Assembly: GCA_963789265.1 (NCBI GenBank) | Contig: CAWBKB010000001.1 | Coordinates: forward strand, 32,001-96,000 | Direction: 5' to 3' | DNA from: an uncultured delta proteobacterium | GTDB lineage: Bacteria > Desulfobacterota > Desulfomonilia > Desulfomonilales > Desulfomonilaceae | DNA: 64,000 nt | Shown: positions 1 through 10,462 of the stretch, one piece after another | Position numbering within the stretch: position 1 is the first letter of the stretch | How the letters are laid out: each line of letters opens with the position of its first letter | Program-made: the position numbers and the translations under genes | The notes under the pieces: model-generated | Databases searched by the model: none | Seen by the model: only the letters and a program-made list of their open reading frames with translations | What the model was told of the DNA's origin: nothing

Positions 1-1
1 C

Positions 2-94
2 AACGAAAAGATACAGAAAGCCAAATTGAGAGAGTCTGGCATTACGCCGGATACCTGGGATCGGGAAAAGGCTGGATATCAGGTAAAGAGATAA
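2..94 (+). CDS. C-terminal end of a CaiC-like ATP-dependent acyl-CoA ligase (5' part outside the window)
   Basis: Frame from base 2 reads NEKIQKAKLRESGITPDTWDREKAGYQVKR*, a typical C-terminus of crotonobetaine/carnitine-CoA ligase-like proteins. Confidence 0.65.
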   Translation, partial: NEKIQKAKLRESGITPDTWDREKAGYQVKR

Positions 95-226
95 CCAATC
101 AGAACAACGGGATAGGCCGGAGGTTTAGGTAAAGCCGAAGATCGAATTTGAAAGTTGACCAACAAAATAAAGAACTAGTAGGGCTGAGCAGTGATCCGGC
201 CAACTGATGGAGATAAGGAGTACCAA

Positions 227-622
227 ATGTCAGAAGTGGTTCCATTTTGGGAAGGGGTCTTCGTACAGGATAGCGAGGGAGGGAGGTTGCTTGGGAATAA
301 ATGCCTCGCGTGCGGAAGGATCTACTTTCCCAGGGCAGAGTTCTGTTTTGATTGCCTGGCTCAGGACATGGAAGACTTAGTATTAAGCCGTCGAGGGAAA
401 CTGTACTGGTACACGATCGCTCGGATGCCCTCTGCCCATTTTGCCCCGCCATACACGCTGGGACTCATTGATCTCCCTGAGGGTCTGCGCGTTTTTGCCC
501 CGCTCGAACTTCTCGATGATGATTCGTATCGGCTTGGGATGGAAATGGAAGTCTGCATAGACGTCTTGTGGAAAGAGGGAGATCAACAGGTCATGGGATA
601 CAAATTCAAACCCGTGATCTGA
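227..622 (+). CDS. DUF35 zinc-ribbon/OB-fold protein (thiolase partner, BbsA-like)
   Basis: CxxC...CxxC (CLAC...CFDC), PYTLGLIDLPEG, C-terminal YKFKPV; AAGGAG RBS before ATG 227. Confidence 0.9.
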   Translation: MSEVVPFWEGVFVQDSEGGRLLGNKCLACGRIYFPRAEFCFDCLAQDMEDLVLSRRGKLYWYTIARMPSAHFAPPYTLGLIDLPEGLRVFAPLELLDDDSYRLGMEMEVCIDVLWKEGDQQVMGYKFKPVI

Positions 623-636
623 GGAGGAGGTTCTCG

Positions 637-1782
637 ATGAGAGAAGTAGCAGTAATAGGGGTCGGACAAAGTGCCTTCGGGAAGTTCCCCTGGCGGTCTG
701 CGGCTTCCCTTGGGGCCGAAGCGGTAAAGGAGGCCATAGCAGATTGCGGTATCTCCCCTCGGGCCATTCAAGTGGCGTATTGCGCCAGGGCATACGATGC
801 CAATTGCACCGCCCAAGGCATATTGAAAGAGGTGGGGATTCGAGGCATCGAGATGATCAACGTTGAAAATGCTTGCGCCGGCGGCGCAACCTCTTTTCGA
901 GAGGTCTGGAAAGAAATAGCCGACGGCCGTTATGACGTGGGTATCGCCATGGGGGTGGAGTCCATGACGACTAGTCCCGTGGCGGGCAGGCTGATTCCGC
1001 CGGAAAAATCCGATCTGGATGGGCACTTGGGACTGACCATGCCAGCAATGTTTGCCATGGTAGCGAGAAGGCAAATGGAACAGGGAGCCACCGTGGAAGA
1101 TTTTGCACAGGTCTCGGTCAAAAACCACAATAACGGCTGCCTAAATCCTCAGGCACAGTACAAAAAGGAGTTTTCCGTCGAGGATATCCTTAGTTCCCGC
1201 ATGATTTGCGATCCGATCACCCTCCTCATGTGTTGTCCCAACACAGATGGGGCCGCGGCCGCCATCCTATGTTCTATGGAGGTAGCCCGAAAGTACACCA
1301 GCCATCCCATACGGGTACTCGCTTCTGCGCTCTGTTCGGCGGACTACAAATTTACCCAAGAAGATATCTGCGCCTCGCCTGTGGGGATCAAGGTGGCGAA
1401 GATGGCTTACGAAATGGCCGGCGTGGACCCCAAAGATATCGACCTGGTGGAAATGCACGACGCCTTCGCCAATGAAGAGGTCTTGCGCTACGAGGACCTC
1501 ATGCTCTGCGCGCCAGGTGAAGGCCTGGATTTGCTTCGCTCGGGTGCCACCGCCATCGGCGGTAGGATCCCGGTTAATCCCAGCGGCGGACTTCTCGCGC
1601 TCGGACATCCTTTGAGCGCCTCAGGAGTCCGCACCGTGTGCGAGGTAGTCCTCCATCTCCGGGGCCAGGCTGGGGCACGGCAAACGCCCAAGGCCAAGGT
1701 CGGTCTGGCTCAGATGTTGGGCGGCCTAGTAACCAACCTGGAACACGGGGCGGTGGCCGGTATTCACATTTTGGCTCGCTGA
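637..1782 (+). CDS. Thiolase family protein (SCP2/BbsB type, catalytic Cys intact)
   Basis: ENACAGG, HDAF and GHPLSASG motifs; GGAGG RBS before ATG 637. Confidence 0.92.
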   Translation: MREVAVIGVGQSAFGKFPWRSAASLGAEAVKEAIADCGISPRAIQVAYCARAYDANCTAQGILKEVGIRGIEMINVENACAGGATSFREVWKEIADGRYDVGIAMGVESMTTSPVAGRLIPPEKSDLDGHLGLTMPAMFAMVARRQMEQGATVEDFAQVSVKNHNNGCLNPQAQYKKEFSVEDILSSRMICDPITLLMCCPNTDGAAAAILCSMEVARKYTSHPIRVLASALCSADYKFTQEDICASPVGIKVAKMAYEMAGVDPKDIDLVEMHDAFANEEVLRYEDLMLCAPGEGLDLLRSGATAIGGRIPVNPSGGLLALGHPLSASGVRTVCEVVLHLRGQAGARQTPKAKVGLAQMLGGLVTNLEHGAVAGIHILAR

Positions 1783-1792
1783 GAGGTGGTGG

Positions 1793-2191
1793 ATGATTAA
1801 GCGATTCAATCACGTAGGAATTGCCGTCAAAGATTTGGATAAGGCAGTGGCTTTTTTCGAGGAGATGTATGGCACCAGGCTCATAAGACGAGACAGGTAT
1901 GAAGCCCAACAGTTCGAAACGGCCCTGGTAGGGATCGGTGATATGCGTCTGGAATTGATCGCCAGCCTTGATCCAGAAAGTTTGATTGCACGTTTCATTG
2001 AAGACAGAGGAGAAGGGATCCACCACATGTCGCTGGAGGTCGATCAGTTCGAACAGGCCATAAGGGAATTCAGAGGAAAGGGGCTCAAATTACTTGGTGT
2101 AGCCGAAACCGGTGATTTCAAAGCTGCGTTTATCCATCCCCAGGGAAACCTTGGGGTCCTCACTGAAATCATGGAGCCCAAAGAGCGGTAG
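1793..2191 (+). CDS. VOC family protein, methylmalonyl-CoA epimerase-like
   Basis: HVGIAV...LELI...GEGIHH...AFIHP...GVLTE metal-binding pattern. Confidence 0.88.
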   Translation: MIKRFNHVGIAVKDLDKAVAFFEEMYGTRLIRRDRYEAQQFETALVGIGDMRLELIASLDPESLIARFIEDRGEGIHHMSLEVDQFEQAIREFRGKGLKLLGVAETGDFKAAFIHPQGNLGVLTEIMEPKER

Positions 2192-2239
2192 CGGTAGAGC
2201 TTTCACAGACACAAGGATACCAGAAGGAGGATCGAGGCT

Positions 2240-3242
2240 ATGGGAGAAAAAGAGCAGACCTTTGAAGAACTGAAGCCAATGCTTAGGCCCAACGGGGTCG
2301 AACCAGGGGTGATGAAGGTCGATCCGGAAAAGTGTACCAGTTGCGGGCTTTGCATTCTGAACTGTCCCTTTAAGTGCCTGGAGATGGACGAAGACAACCA
2401 CCCGAAGATGAAGAGTGACTACGTATGCATGTCCTGCTTCAACTGTGCGGTCGCCTGCCCGACGGATGCCCTGTCGATTGCGTCCATCTATAACGTAAAG
2501 GGAGGGTTCTTCGATACCCAAACCCCCGCCATTAAAATGCCGCTTCCGCCGAACGATGCGGAGGGTAAACAGGTCGAATGGAACGCTGTGGAACGATTGG
2601 TACTGGAACGAAGAAGCGTGAGGCATTTTAAGAAAGACCCGATTCCTGAACCGCTAATACTCCGTGTGCTGGAAGCAGGACGCTTTGCCCCTAGCGGCGG
2701 CAATCATCAGCCGTGGAGATTCACTGTAGTCACCAATCAGGAAACGATAGCCGAGCTGGAAACAGCCTGCCAAAACTTTTGGGCCGGTGTTTACCCCGTG
2801 TTCAAAAATGATGAGACGATAATGAACATGGTGGGAGTTGTGGAAACAGGGGTTTTCGATCCCAGAACCCAGTTCGGCATCCGATGTATAGCTCTAAAGG
2901 AGTTACCCGTATTCCTCGGTGCCCCCGCGGTCATCTTCCTGGGAGCCCATCCTAAACTGAATAATCCGGCTCTTGTCATCGGTATCTGCGGCCAGAATAT
3001 GACTATCGTGGCCAATTCTCTCGGCCTAGGAGCCTGCTGGACCAATTTCGGAGGTGTCGCGGTCAATGCCGTTCCCGAGCTGAGATACAGATTAGGATTT
3101 GAAGACCCCTGGGTCTGTACATACGGCCATCGTACTGGGCTATCCGAAATTCAAACAATCCGGAATGGTGCCGCGCCACTACCGGCCCGTCACTTGGTTT
3201 CGCACCGAGTCCAAGGACCCTCAAATCGAGGAACAAGTTTGA
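2240..3242 (+). CDS. Nitroreductase with N-terminal 2x[4Fe-4S] domain; apparent +1 frameshift near 3112
   Basis: CTSCGLCILNCP and CMSCFNCAVACP; RRSVR and APSGGNHQPW; the C-terminus TAIVLGYPKFKQSG...EEQV* lies in another frame, ending at TGA 3240-3242. Confidence 0.85.
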
Positions 3243-3341
3243 CCAAGGCTGCGTCGAGCCCCACCCGGCAGGGGAAAGACGATGCCCGTTCGAGCCAAAG
3301 GGCAGGCATAGCGGTACACGCAAAAAAAAGGAGCAGGAACC

Positions 3342-4592
3342 ATGGACTATTTTGACCTAAACATGAATCTGTCGCCGGAGGACATCGCCTTGAGGGAGAC
3401 CGCCAGCAAGTTTGCCAGAGAGGTCATGCGCCCCATTTCCATTCAACTTGACCAGATGAGTGCCGAAGACGCCTTCGCGACCGCATCACCGTTTTGGGAT
3501 TTCATGCGAAAATCTTATGAACTCGGCTATCATAAGCTCCCGTTTCCCGAAGATTTCGGCGGACCCGGTCTCACGCCCTTACAGATTCAGATTGTCATGG
3601 AGGAATTGGCCTGGGGGAGTTTCGGATTGACTCTAACCCTCAATACGAGCCTGGACGCTGCCGTTGCGATGGGAGGGACCGAGGAACACATCAAGAGTTT
3701 CACCATTCCGTATTGCCAATGCACAGATGCCAGCTACATTGGTTGTTGGGCCATCACTGAGCCCGACCACGGCTCAGACACGCTCATGGTCGGTTATCCC
3801 AGTTTCCGAGACCCAAGCATCCAGGCCCAGTGTCGAGCCCGCCTGGACGGAGACGAGTACGTGATTCACGGCCAGAAATCGGCCTGGGTTTCCGCGGGTC
3901 CTCTCGCCAACCGCATCCTTTTGATGTGCCAGATCGATTCCTCGATCGGACACGCTGGAGGCGGCATGTTTATTTTCTCTCTGGACCGCCAAGGAGTCTC
4001 CAAGGGCAAACCCGTTGAAATGGTGGGCGCGCGGGACCTATGTCAGGGCGAGGTCTTTTTCGACGAGGTCCGCGTCCCCAAAGAAGCCTTGATTATAGGG
4101 CCGGAAGGTTATGAGGCGGCGCTGGAAGCGCACTTATGTATGACTCTTCCCATGGTGGGTACGTGGTCGACAGGGCTGGCACGGGCTGGTTTTGATGAGG
4201 CCCTTGCTTACGCGAGGGAACACGTTCAGGGCGGCAAACCTCTCATTGATCACCCGAATGTCCAGCAAAAGCTTTTCGACATGTTTCGTAAGGTGGAAGC
4301 CAGTCGGCAGTTGTGCCGTGCAGTCTTTGTTTATAACTGGTCCCATCCGATGCAACCTGAAAAGCGTGCCATCGAGTACGCCATGGCTGCAAAGACTTTT
4401 GCAACCCAAACTGCATTGGAAGTTACAAGCGACGCAATCCAGATTCTGGGAGGCAATGGACTGACGAGAGAGTATTTTGTGGAGAAGCTATTCAGGGACG
4501 CCCGAACTACTTTAATTTGTGATGGGTCCAATGACACACTCTCTGTTGCTGGAGGGAATAAGATCGCTCGGACGTACCCGCGGAACAGGTGA
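3342..4592 (+). CDS. Acyl-CoA dehydrogenase
   Basis: WAITEPDHGSD, GQKSAWVS, IQILGGNG, EKLFRDAR motifs. Confidence 0.93.
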   Translation: MDYFDLNMNLSPEDIALRETASKFAREVMRPISIQLDQMSAEDAFATASPFWDFMRKSYELGYHKLPFPEDFGGPGLTPLQIQIVMEELAWGSFGLTLTLNTSLDAAVAMGGTEEHIKSFTIPYCQCTDASYIGCWAITEPDHGSDTLMVGYPSFRDPSIQAQCRARLDGDEYVIHGQKSAWVSAGPLANRILLMCQIDSSIGHAGGGMFIFSLDRQGVSKGKPVEMVGARDLCQGEVFFDEVRVPKEALIIGPEGYEAALEAHLCMTLPMVGTWSTGLARAGFDEALAYAREHVQGGKPLIDHPNVQQKLFDMFRKVEASRQLCRAVFVYNWSHPMQPEKRAIEYAMAAKTFATQTALEVTSDAIQILGGNGLTREYFVEKLFRDARTTLICDGSNDTLSVAGGNKIARTYPRNR

Positions 4593-4662
4593 AATCGAGA
4601 TGCCAGTGGAGAATGCACCGTTTTGGTCTGATACGGAACTAGACATGGAAAGGAGGTGTTGA

Positions 4663-5496
4663 ATGAAGTTGGAAGGCAGAGTTGCCCTGATTACGGGTGC
4701 CGGCAGCGGCTTTGGCAGAGAAACAGCCATACAAATGGCGCAGGAAGGGGCAAAAATCGGAGTTAACGATGTCCATGCACAGGCCATTGAAGAAACCTTG
4801 ACGGCTATTCATCAGGTGGGATCCGAGGGATTGTCCCTGCTGGCCGACGTGGGGAATGTTGATCAGGTAAAAGCGATGTTTGAGAAAACTATTTCAAAGT
4901 GGGGAACAGTGGACATCCTGGTCAACAACGCTGGCATCGCCATGAAACCAGACTGGAAGGACTATGAGGAACTCCACAATACCGCTGTTCTTAAGATAGT
5001 GGATCAGGTGATGAAGACTGGAAAAGCGCAGGAGTCCATGAAAATCACGTCCACATTTAAGGATGAATGGTGGCACGCCACCCTGAATGTGAACCTCAAC
5101 GGCACCTTCTACTGCACCCGCGAGGCGCTTAGAGTGATGGAAGAGAAAGGGAAGGGTAAAATTATCAATGTAGCATCGATCGCAGGAGTTCATGGTGAAC
5201 CTAATATTCCTGCCTATTCTGCCTCTAAGGGTGGGATCGTAGCCTTCACAAAATCCGTGGCTAAGGAGGTCATCGGTTCCGGTATTATTGTCAATGCCGT
5301 AGCCCCAGGGTATTGCGATACTCCCCTTTTGACGAGCATTGATCCAAAACTCCTGCCGATCCTGAAAAGCCAAATACCTATCGGACGTTTGGGAACCGCC
5401 ACCGAAATAGCCAGCCTGGTTGTTTATCTGGCCACTGACGAAGCCGATTATATTGTGGGCCAGGTCATCGGGGCCAATGGTGGTATGGGGATTTGA
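4663..5496 (+). CDS. Short-chain dehydrogenase/reductase (FabG-like, with an insertion)
   Basis: TGAGSGFG, NNAG, YSASK motifs. Confidence 0.92.
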   Translation: MKLEGRVALITGAGSGFGRETAIQMAQEGAKIGVNDVHAQAIEETLTAIHQVGSEGLSLLADVGNVDQVKAMFEKTISKWGTVDILVNNAGIAMKPDWKDYEELHNTAVLKIVDQVMKTGKAQESMKITSTFKDEWWHATLNVNLNGTFYCTREALRVMEEKGKGKIINVASIAGVHGEPNIPAYSASKGGIVAFTKSVAKEVIGSGIIVNAVAPGYCDTPLLTSIDPKLLPILKSQIPIGRLGTATEIASLVVYLATDEADYIVGQVIGANGGMGI

Positions 5497-5578
5497 TCAT
5501 GTAAGCGCGGGGTTAGATCTCTCTCAGTGGAGAGAATGGATTCTGGCCTTTAACCAAACTGCAAAGGAGGATTAGGCA

Positions 5579-6778
5579 ATGAAGCGCATGGGATTGTTTC
5601 TAACTTTGGTTTTCATTCTTGCTGCTTTTGCCGTTGGTTGGCAGCCTTGCTTTGCCGCCGGCACCAAAACACTGAAGATAGGGGCACTGGATTCCCTGAC
5701 AGGGGTAATGGCGCCTGGGGAAGGTCCTATGCACCAGGGGGTGTTGCTGGGAGCCGACTGGATTAATGACAAAGGGGGTATCACCATTAAGGGACAGAAA
5801 TATCACATCCAAGTGGTCTCTGAAGACACGAAAAGCACCGGTGAAGGTATGATCGCTGCTGCAAATAAATTGATTATGGAGCAGGGCATCAAATTCCTGG
5901 TTGGTGGAGTTATGACCGAAATGAATCTAGCCGCAAATTCGGTCGTAGTGCCGGCTGGAGTAACCCTTATCCGACAATATATCTGTCTGGCCCCTGATGA
6001 ACTGGGACCCAATGCCCCACAGGTATTCAGCAATTCTCCGGGCATCGTGGCCGGCATGAGGATAGCCTTCGCTTATCTTAAGGAAAAATATCCCAAGGCC
6101 AAAACCATGTCCTTCATTTGGCCCGCTGACGGCGGTGAACCTTACCGGCAGAAATATCTTAAAATGGTGGCCGATGAATTCGGTTTCAAAGTGGTCTTCA
6201 CCGGGTCGTTCCCCAACGACACCACGGACTTCAATCCGATTGTGGCCAAGGCCCTTGAGGCCAAGGCGGACATCTTTTCCCCCATGGACGGATGGCCTTA
6301 TCACATAGGCTCAATCATTAAAGCCTCTCGGGCCATGGGATACAAAGGGCCCCTCTTCAACGTTACTCCCAGTGCCCTTTCAGACATCATAGACGCCGCC
6401 GGTCACGGAAAGGAAGTAGAGGGTTTCTTTATTGTCAGTTGGCATATGGATGATCCCAAGTTGGGGCCTCTCATGGCTGAAATAATCAAAAGAGGGAAGG
6501 CCAAGTTTGGGAAGACTTCTCATTGGCACTCATTCGGGTTCAACACCGTCTGGGCTCTGGTTCAGGCCATTCAGTCAGCCCAAAGCTTGGATCCGAAAGT
6601 GGTAGCCAATCACTGGCGCACCATGAAAAGCCTACAGACGGTAACCGGACCGGGGATCATGGGTGGACAGAAGACGTTTGGAATCAACAACGTGGTCTGC
6701 CAGCCTCTGGCCATAGTTCAGTGCATAAAAGGCAAACCGGTAAACGTCAAGTGGGCCGCCAATAATCATACGCCGTGA
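5579..6778 (+). CDS. HAAT/Liv-family ABC transporter substrate-binding protein
   Basis: Signal peptide, LKIGALDSLTG, periplasmic binding protein type 1 pattern; precedes permeases. Confidence 0.9.
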   Translation: MKRMGLFLTLVFILAAFAVGWQPCFAAGTKTLKIGALDSLTGVMAPGEGPMHQGVLLGADWINDKGGITIKGQKYHIQVVSEDTKSTGEGMIAAANKLIMEQGIKFLVGGVMTEMNLAANSVVVPAGVTLIRQYICLAPDELGPNAPQVFSNSPGIVAGMRIAFAYLKEKYPKAKTMSFIWPADGGEPYRQKYLKMVADEFGFKVVFTGSFPNDTTDFNPIVAKALEAKADIFSPMDGWPYHIGSIIKASRAMGYKGPLFNVTPSALSDIIDAAGHGKEVEGFFIVSWHMDDPKLGPLMAEIIKRGKAKFGKTSHWHSFGFNTVWALVQAIQSAQSLDPKVVANHWRTMKSLQTVTGPGIMGGQKTFGINNVVCQPLAIVQCIKGKPVNVKWAANNHTP

Positions 6779-6812
6779 GTAGGCCGTTAGGAAGAAATCT
6801 GGAATTCGAAAC

Positions 6813-6862
6813 CCGAAACCGGGACCCAATCGGTGACGGCAGATCCAGGTTCCCGGTTTCGG
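6813..6862 (+). terminator. Intergenic stem-loop after the binding-protein gene (mRNA stabiliser or partial terminator)
   Basis: Perfect 12-bp inverted repeat CCGAAACCGGGA (6813-6824) / TCCCGGTTTCGG (6851-6862). Confidence 0.55.
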
Positions 6863-6947
6863 ATTTGACCCACTGAGTCTATTTGCGGCCCTGGGCAGAC
6901 AATGATTCAGCCTTTTCCATCGGAAAAATAGAACGGGGTATCAGAGA

Positions 6948-7808
6948 GTGGTTTCACAAGTGGCAGGGCATTTGATAAATGTGCTGATGATATCGTCCAT
7001 ATATATATTGGCCGCCCTGGGTTTTGCTCTCGTTTTCGGCGTCATGCGCATCATGAATTTTGCCCACGGCGCTTTCTACATGGTCAGCGGTTATGTCTGT
7101 TACTATTTCTGGGTCATTCTAGGTTTGAATCCATGGCTGGCCCTGCCGCTGACTATGGCCGTCATGGCACTCATCGGTCTTTTCCTTGAGAAGTTTTGTT
7201 TCCGCCCTTTCCGAGGCGACTTTGAAAAAGCAACTATCATGGCCATCATTCTGGTCATCATCCTGAAAACCGGGGCCGATCTGACTGTTGGTCCTTATAC
7301 GAAAAGGCTACCCTCCATATACCAAGGCGCTATCACCATCGGGAATATCAGCGTGAACGCCGATAGGCTGGCTATCCTAATTATCTGCGCCGTCCTGTTG
7401 ATAGCACTTACCCTCTTCATCCAAAAGAGCAAGACCGGTCTGTCCATGCTAGCCATTGCAGAGGATCAGGAAGCAGCCGCTTTGCAGGGGATCAATATTG
7501 ATCGCATTTCCGCCCTGGCGTTTGCCATGGGCACCGGCTTGGTCGGGCTGGCCGGGGGAGTTATGGGCTCGGTATCCGTTTTGCATGTTGGGGTGGCAGA
7601 CGTAATACTGATACGAATCATAGCCGTGGTCATTCTTTCCGGTATTGGAACCATCGGCGGCATTTGGGCCGGAGGGCTCGTTATGGGCGCACTGGATGCC
7701 CTTTGCCCCTATTTCTTGCCGGCGGCTTTTTCCGATTTATTTAGTTTTAGTCTAATCATCCTGATACTGGTAGTCAGACCCCAAGGTTTTTTTGGACATG
7801 AGGTGTGA
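6948..7808 (+). CDS. livH: Branched-chain amino acid-type ABC permease (LivH family)
   Basis: YILAALGFALVFGVMRIMNFAHG signature; RPQGFFG end. Confidence 0.9.
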   Translation: MVSQVAGHLINVLMISSIYILAALGFALVFGVMRIMNFAHGAFYMVSGYVCYYFWVILGLNPWLALPLTMAVMALIGLFLEKFCFRPFRGDFEKATIMAIILVIILKTGADLTVGPYTKRLPSIYQGAITIGNISVNADRLAILIICAVLLIALTLFIQKSKTGLSMLAIAEDQEAAALQGINIDRISALAFAMGTGLVGLAGGVMGSVSVLHVGVADVILIRIIAVVILSGIGTIGGIWAGGLVMGALDALCPYFLPAAFSDLFSFSLIILILVVRPQGFFGHEV

Positions 7809-8764
7809 TTTTGTTTGACCGACTATTTCTCCCCGGAGTCGCTTGGGGCAAGCACGGCGGCCTCACTGGTTTCACAATCCTCTTGTTCCTCGCCCCGCTA
7901 TATTTAAGTAGTTACCACCTACACCTGGCCAATCTGGTGTTGGTATATGTACTTCTCACTAGCAGCCTTCGCACTATCTACATTTCAGGACAGTTATCGC
8001 TTGGTCATGCGGCATTCATGGGTATCGGGGCCTATAGTTCCGCCATATTGGCCAAGCAGTTGGGCTGGACGCCCTGGCTCACGATTCCGATCGGCGGACT
8101 TTCAGCCATGATAGCCGGCATCCTGATAGGCTTCCCTTTTTCCCGGTTAAGGGCAATCTATTTTTCCATGGCCAGCCTTTTTTTTGGGATCACGGTGACT
8201 GCCCTCACCGGCGTTTTTCCCGACTGGACTGGCTATCTGGGCGGGATGCCTGGTATTCCCCGCCTGCTAGGCTATTCCAAGGTTCCTTACTTCTATTTCT
8301 TTCTGATCTTGACCTTGCTCTCACTCTTTATCCTTTATCGGATTGAACATTCTCGAATAGGCCTGACCTTTAGGAGTGTCGCCCAATCCTATCTGGCGGC
8401 ATCGAGTAGGGGCATAAACGAGGCAGGCGCCAGGATCCGAGCCCTGGGTATAGGCTGTTTTTTTGCCGGTATAGCCGGCGCAGGCTATGCCCACTATAAC
8501 ACGTTCATTGCTCCTTCCAACTTTTCTTTGCTGCCGAGTATCTTTTTGGTGGTTTACCTTTTGGTCGGCGGGACGGAAAGCTTCGCCGGCCCTATTGTCG
8601 GCGCGTTCGTTCTGTACCTGATCCCTTACGTTATGAGCGGGCTCAAGGGATACACCCCATTCTTGCTTGCCGGCGTGCTGGCTGTGGTCATCTTCCTGAT
8701 ACCGAAGGGCATCGTCAGTTTGCCGGACCAAGTTAAGTCGTGGTTTAATGGAGACCGAAAGTAG
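7805..8764 (+). CDS. livM: Branched-chain amino acid-type ABC permease (LivM family)
   Basis: GQLSLGHAAFMGIGAY signature. Confidence 0.9.
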   Translation: MILFDRLFLPGVAWGKHGGLTGFTILLFLAPLYLSSYHLHLANLVLVYVLLTSSLRTIYISGQLSLGHAAFMGIGAYSSAILAKQLGWTPWLTIPIGGLSAMIAGILIGFPFSRLRAIYFSMASLFFGITVTALTGVFPDWTGYLGGMPGIPRLLGYSKVPYFYFFLILTLLSLFILYRIEHSRIGLTFRSVAQSYLAASSRGINEAGARIRALGIGCFFAGIAGAGYAHYNTFIAPSNFSLLPSIFLVVYLLVGGTESFAGPIVGAFVLYLIPYVMSGLKGYTPFLLAGVLAVVIFLIPKGIVSLPDQVKSWFNGDRK

Positions 8765-8778
8765 AGAGGTTCTGAATC

Positions 8779-9543
8779 ATGCTTCTTGAAACTGCCGGAC
8801 TGACCAAGATTTTTGGAGGATTGATTGCACTTCACGATATCAATATGTCTATAGAGGAAGGTGAGATCGTCGGCCTGATCGGTCCCAACGGAGCAGGAAA
8901 ATCGACTATCATCAATTTGATCAGCGGTTTCTTGCGACCCCACAGCGGAAGAATCCTGTTCGAAGGGAAGGACATAACCGGGTTAAAACCTCATTTGATG
9001 GCCCGGCTGGGAATTGGCCGTACCTTTCAGATTACCCCTTTCTTTGGTGAGTTTACCACGTTACAAAATATCGTGGCATCCTTCTATCTGTCTGCCGACA
9101 ACAGCTTGTTCGGATCCATCTTTAACACACTGTCCTATCGCCAGAAAGAAAAAGCAATTTTAAACCAAGCCGAGAAGAACTTAGAATTGGTAGGTTTAGG
9201 GCCGGTGAGAGACGAACTGGCCAAGAACTTGCCTCACGGATTTCAAAAGGTGCTCGATCTGGCTACGGCCCTTTCCGTTAAACCTAAAATACTATTGCTG
9301 GATGAGCCTATCGGCGGGATGGACCCAGACGAAATTGCCCTGGCCTTGCAAGTTATTGACAGAATTCGCGCCCAGGGGACTACGATCCTCTTAGTGGAAC
9401 ATAATGTCGGTATCGTCATGAGCCTTTGCGATCGGATCATGGTAGTCAATTACGGACTAAAGATTGCCGAGGGACCACCCGATGAAGTGAGGGCCAATAA
9501 CGAGGTCATCCGGGCTTATTTTGGTGAAGAATATGCTGCTTAA
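8779..9543 (+). CDS. livG: ABC ATP-binding protein (LivG family)
   Basis: GPNGAGKST, GIGRTFQ, LLLDEP. Confidence 0.93.
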   Translation: MLLETAGLTKIFGGLIALHDINMSIEEGEIVGLIGPNGAGKSTIINLISGFLRPHSGRILFEGKDITGLKPHLMARLGIGRTFQITPFFGEFTTLQNIVASFYLSADNSLFGSIFNTLSYRQKEKAILNQAEKNLELVGLGPVRDELAKNLPHGFQKVLDLATALSVKPKILLLDEPIGGMDPDEIALALQVIDRIRAQGTTILLVEHNVGIVMSLCDRIMVVNYGLKIAEGPPDEVRANNEVIRAYFGEEYAA

Positions 9544-10240
9544 GGCGAAGGGAATTACCGTTCAGTATGGTAAGGCCAAGGCTGTAGAAGAAGTTTCCTT
9601 GAACATGGCCGAAGGAGACTTAATTTCCATCATCGGAAGTAACGGAGCGGGGAAGAGCACCATTTTACGGGCCTTGTCCGGATTGAAATCGCTCACCTCC
9701 GGAGAAATTTGGTTCCGGAATAAACGGATTGACGTGATGGACATTCACGAAATCGTGAAACACGGCCTTGTCCATGTTCCCGAGGGCCGGAGGCTTTTCG
9801 CTAATCTAAGCGTCCAGGCCAATCTCAAACTGGGCGCAGTGTTACGCCACGACCCTGTGGTCATAAAGCGGGACATGGAACAGATTTTTCAGTACTTTCC
9901 GAGATTGAAGGAGAGACTCAATCAAAAAGCCGGAACCTTAAGTGGTGGCGAACAACAAATGCTGGCCATAGGACGCGGTTTGATGGCCGCTCCTAAGCTG
10001 CTTCTGTTGGATGAACCTTCTTTGGGACTGGCTCCTCTGGTGGTCAACGAACTGGGTTCGGTGATTAAGCGCATCAATCAGAGCGGGATCAGCGTCATTT
10101 TGGTCGAACAGAATGTCCCGCTGGCCTTGCGCGTAGCGAACAGAGGATATGTACTTCAGGTTGGCCAAATTATTTTAGAAGGTGATCGTGAGGTACTCAA
10201 GAATAGTGCCCTCATCCAGAAAGCTTATTTGGGCGGTTAA
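9533..10240 (+). CDS. livF: ABC ATP-binding protein (LivF family)
   Basis: GSNGAGKST, VPEGRRLF, LSGGEQQM, AYLGG end. Confidence 0.93.
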   Translation: MLLKAKGITVQYGKAKAVEEVSLNMAEGDLISIIGSNGAGKSTILRALSGLKSLTSGEIWFRNKRIDVMDIHEIVKHGLVHVPEGRRLFANLSVQANLKLGAVLRHDPVVIKRDMEQIFQYFPRLKERLNQKAGTLSGGEQQMLAIGRGLMAAPKLLLLDEPSLGLAPLVVNELGSVIKRINQSGISVILVEQNVPLALRVANRGYVLQVGQIILEGDREVLKNSALIQKAYLGG

Positions 10241-10399
10241 CAGGAAACGCAGGACAGGACTTTCTTGACTGAGCTGGCAAGGCATAACATGTAGGCTATG
10301 CAGCCCTGTCACTCCTTTACCATGTGGTTGGCGCTGCAGCCTCAAGATACTATTGAGTCGATCTGACTTCCCGCGCCCATTACGTGGCCTTCTTTTGGT

Positions 10400-10462
10400 T
10401 TGTCCCACCCTATACCGGTAACAAGCTATGTAGAGGGCGAACCGAAGACCATGAAGTGGTCA
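10400..10462 (+). pseudogene. Remnant of the 3' end of a Liv substrate-binding protein gene
   Basis: HPIPVTSYVEGEPKTMKW matches HPLPVVSYVKGQPKTMKW of the gene ending at 55734. Confidence 0.65.
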
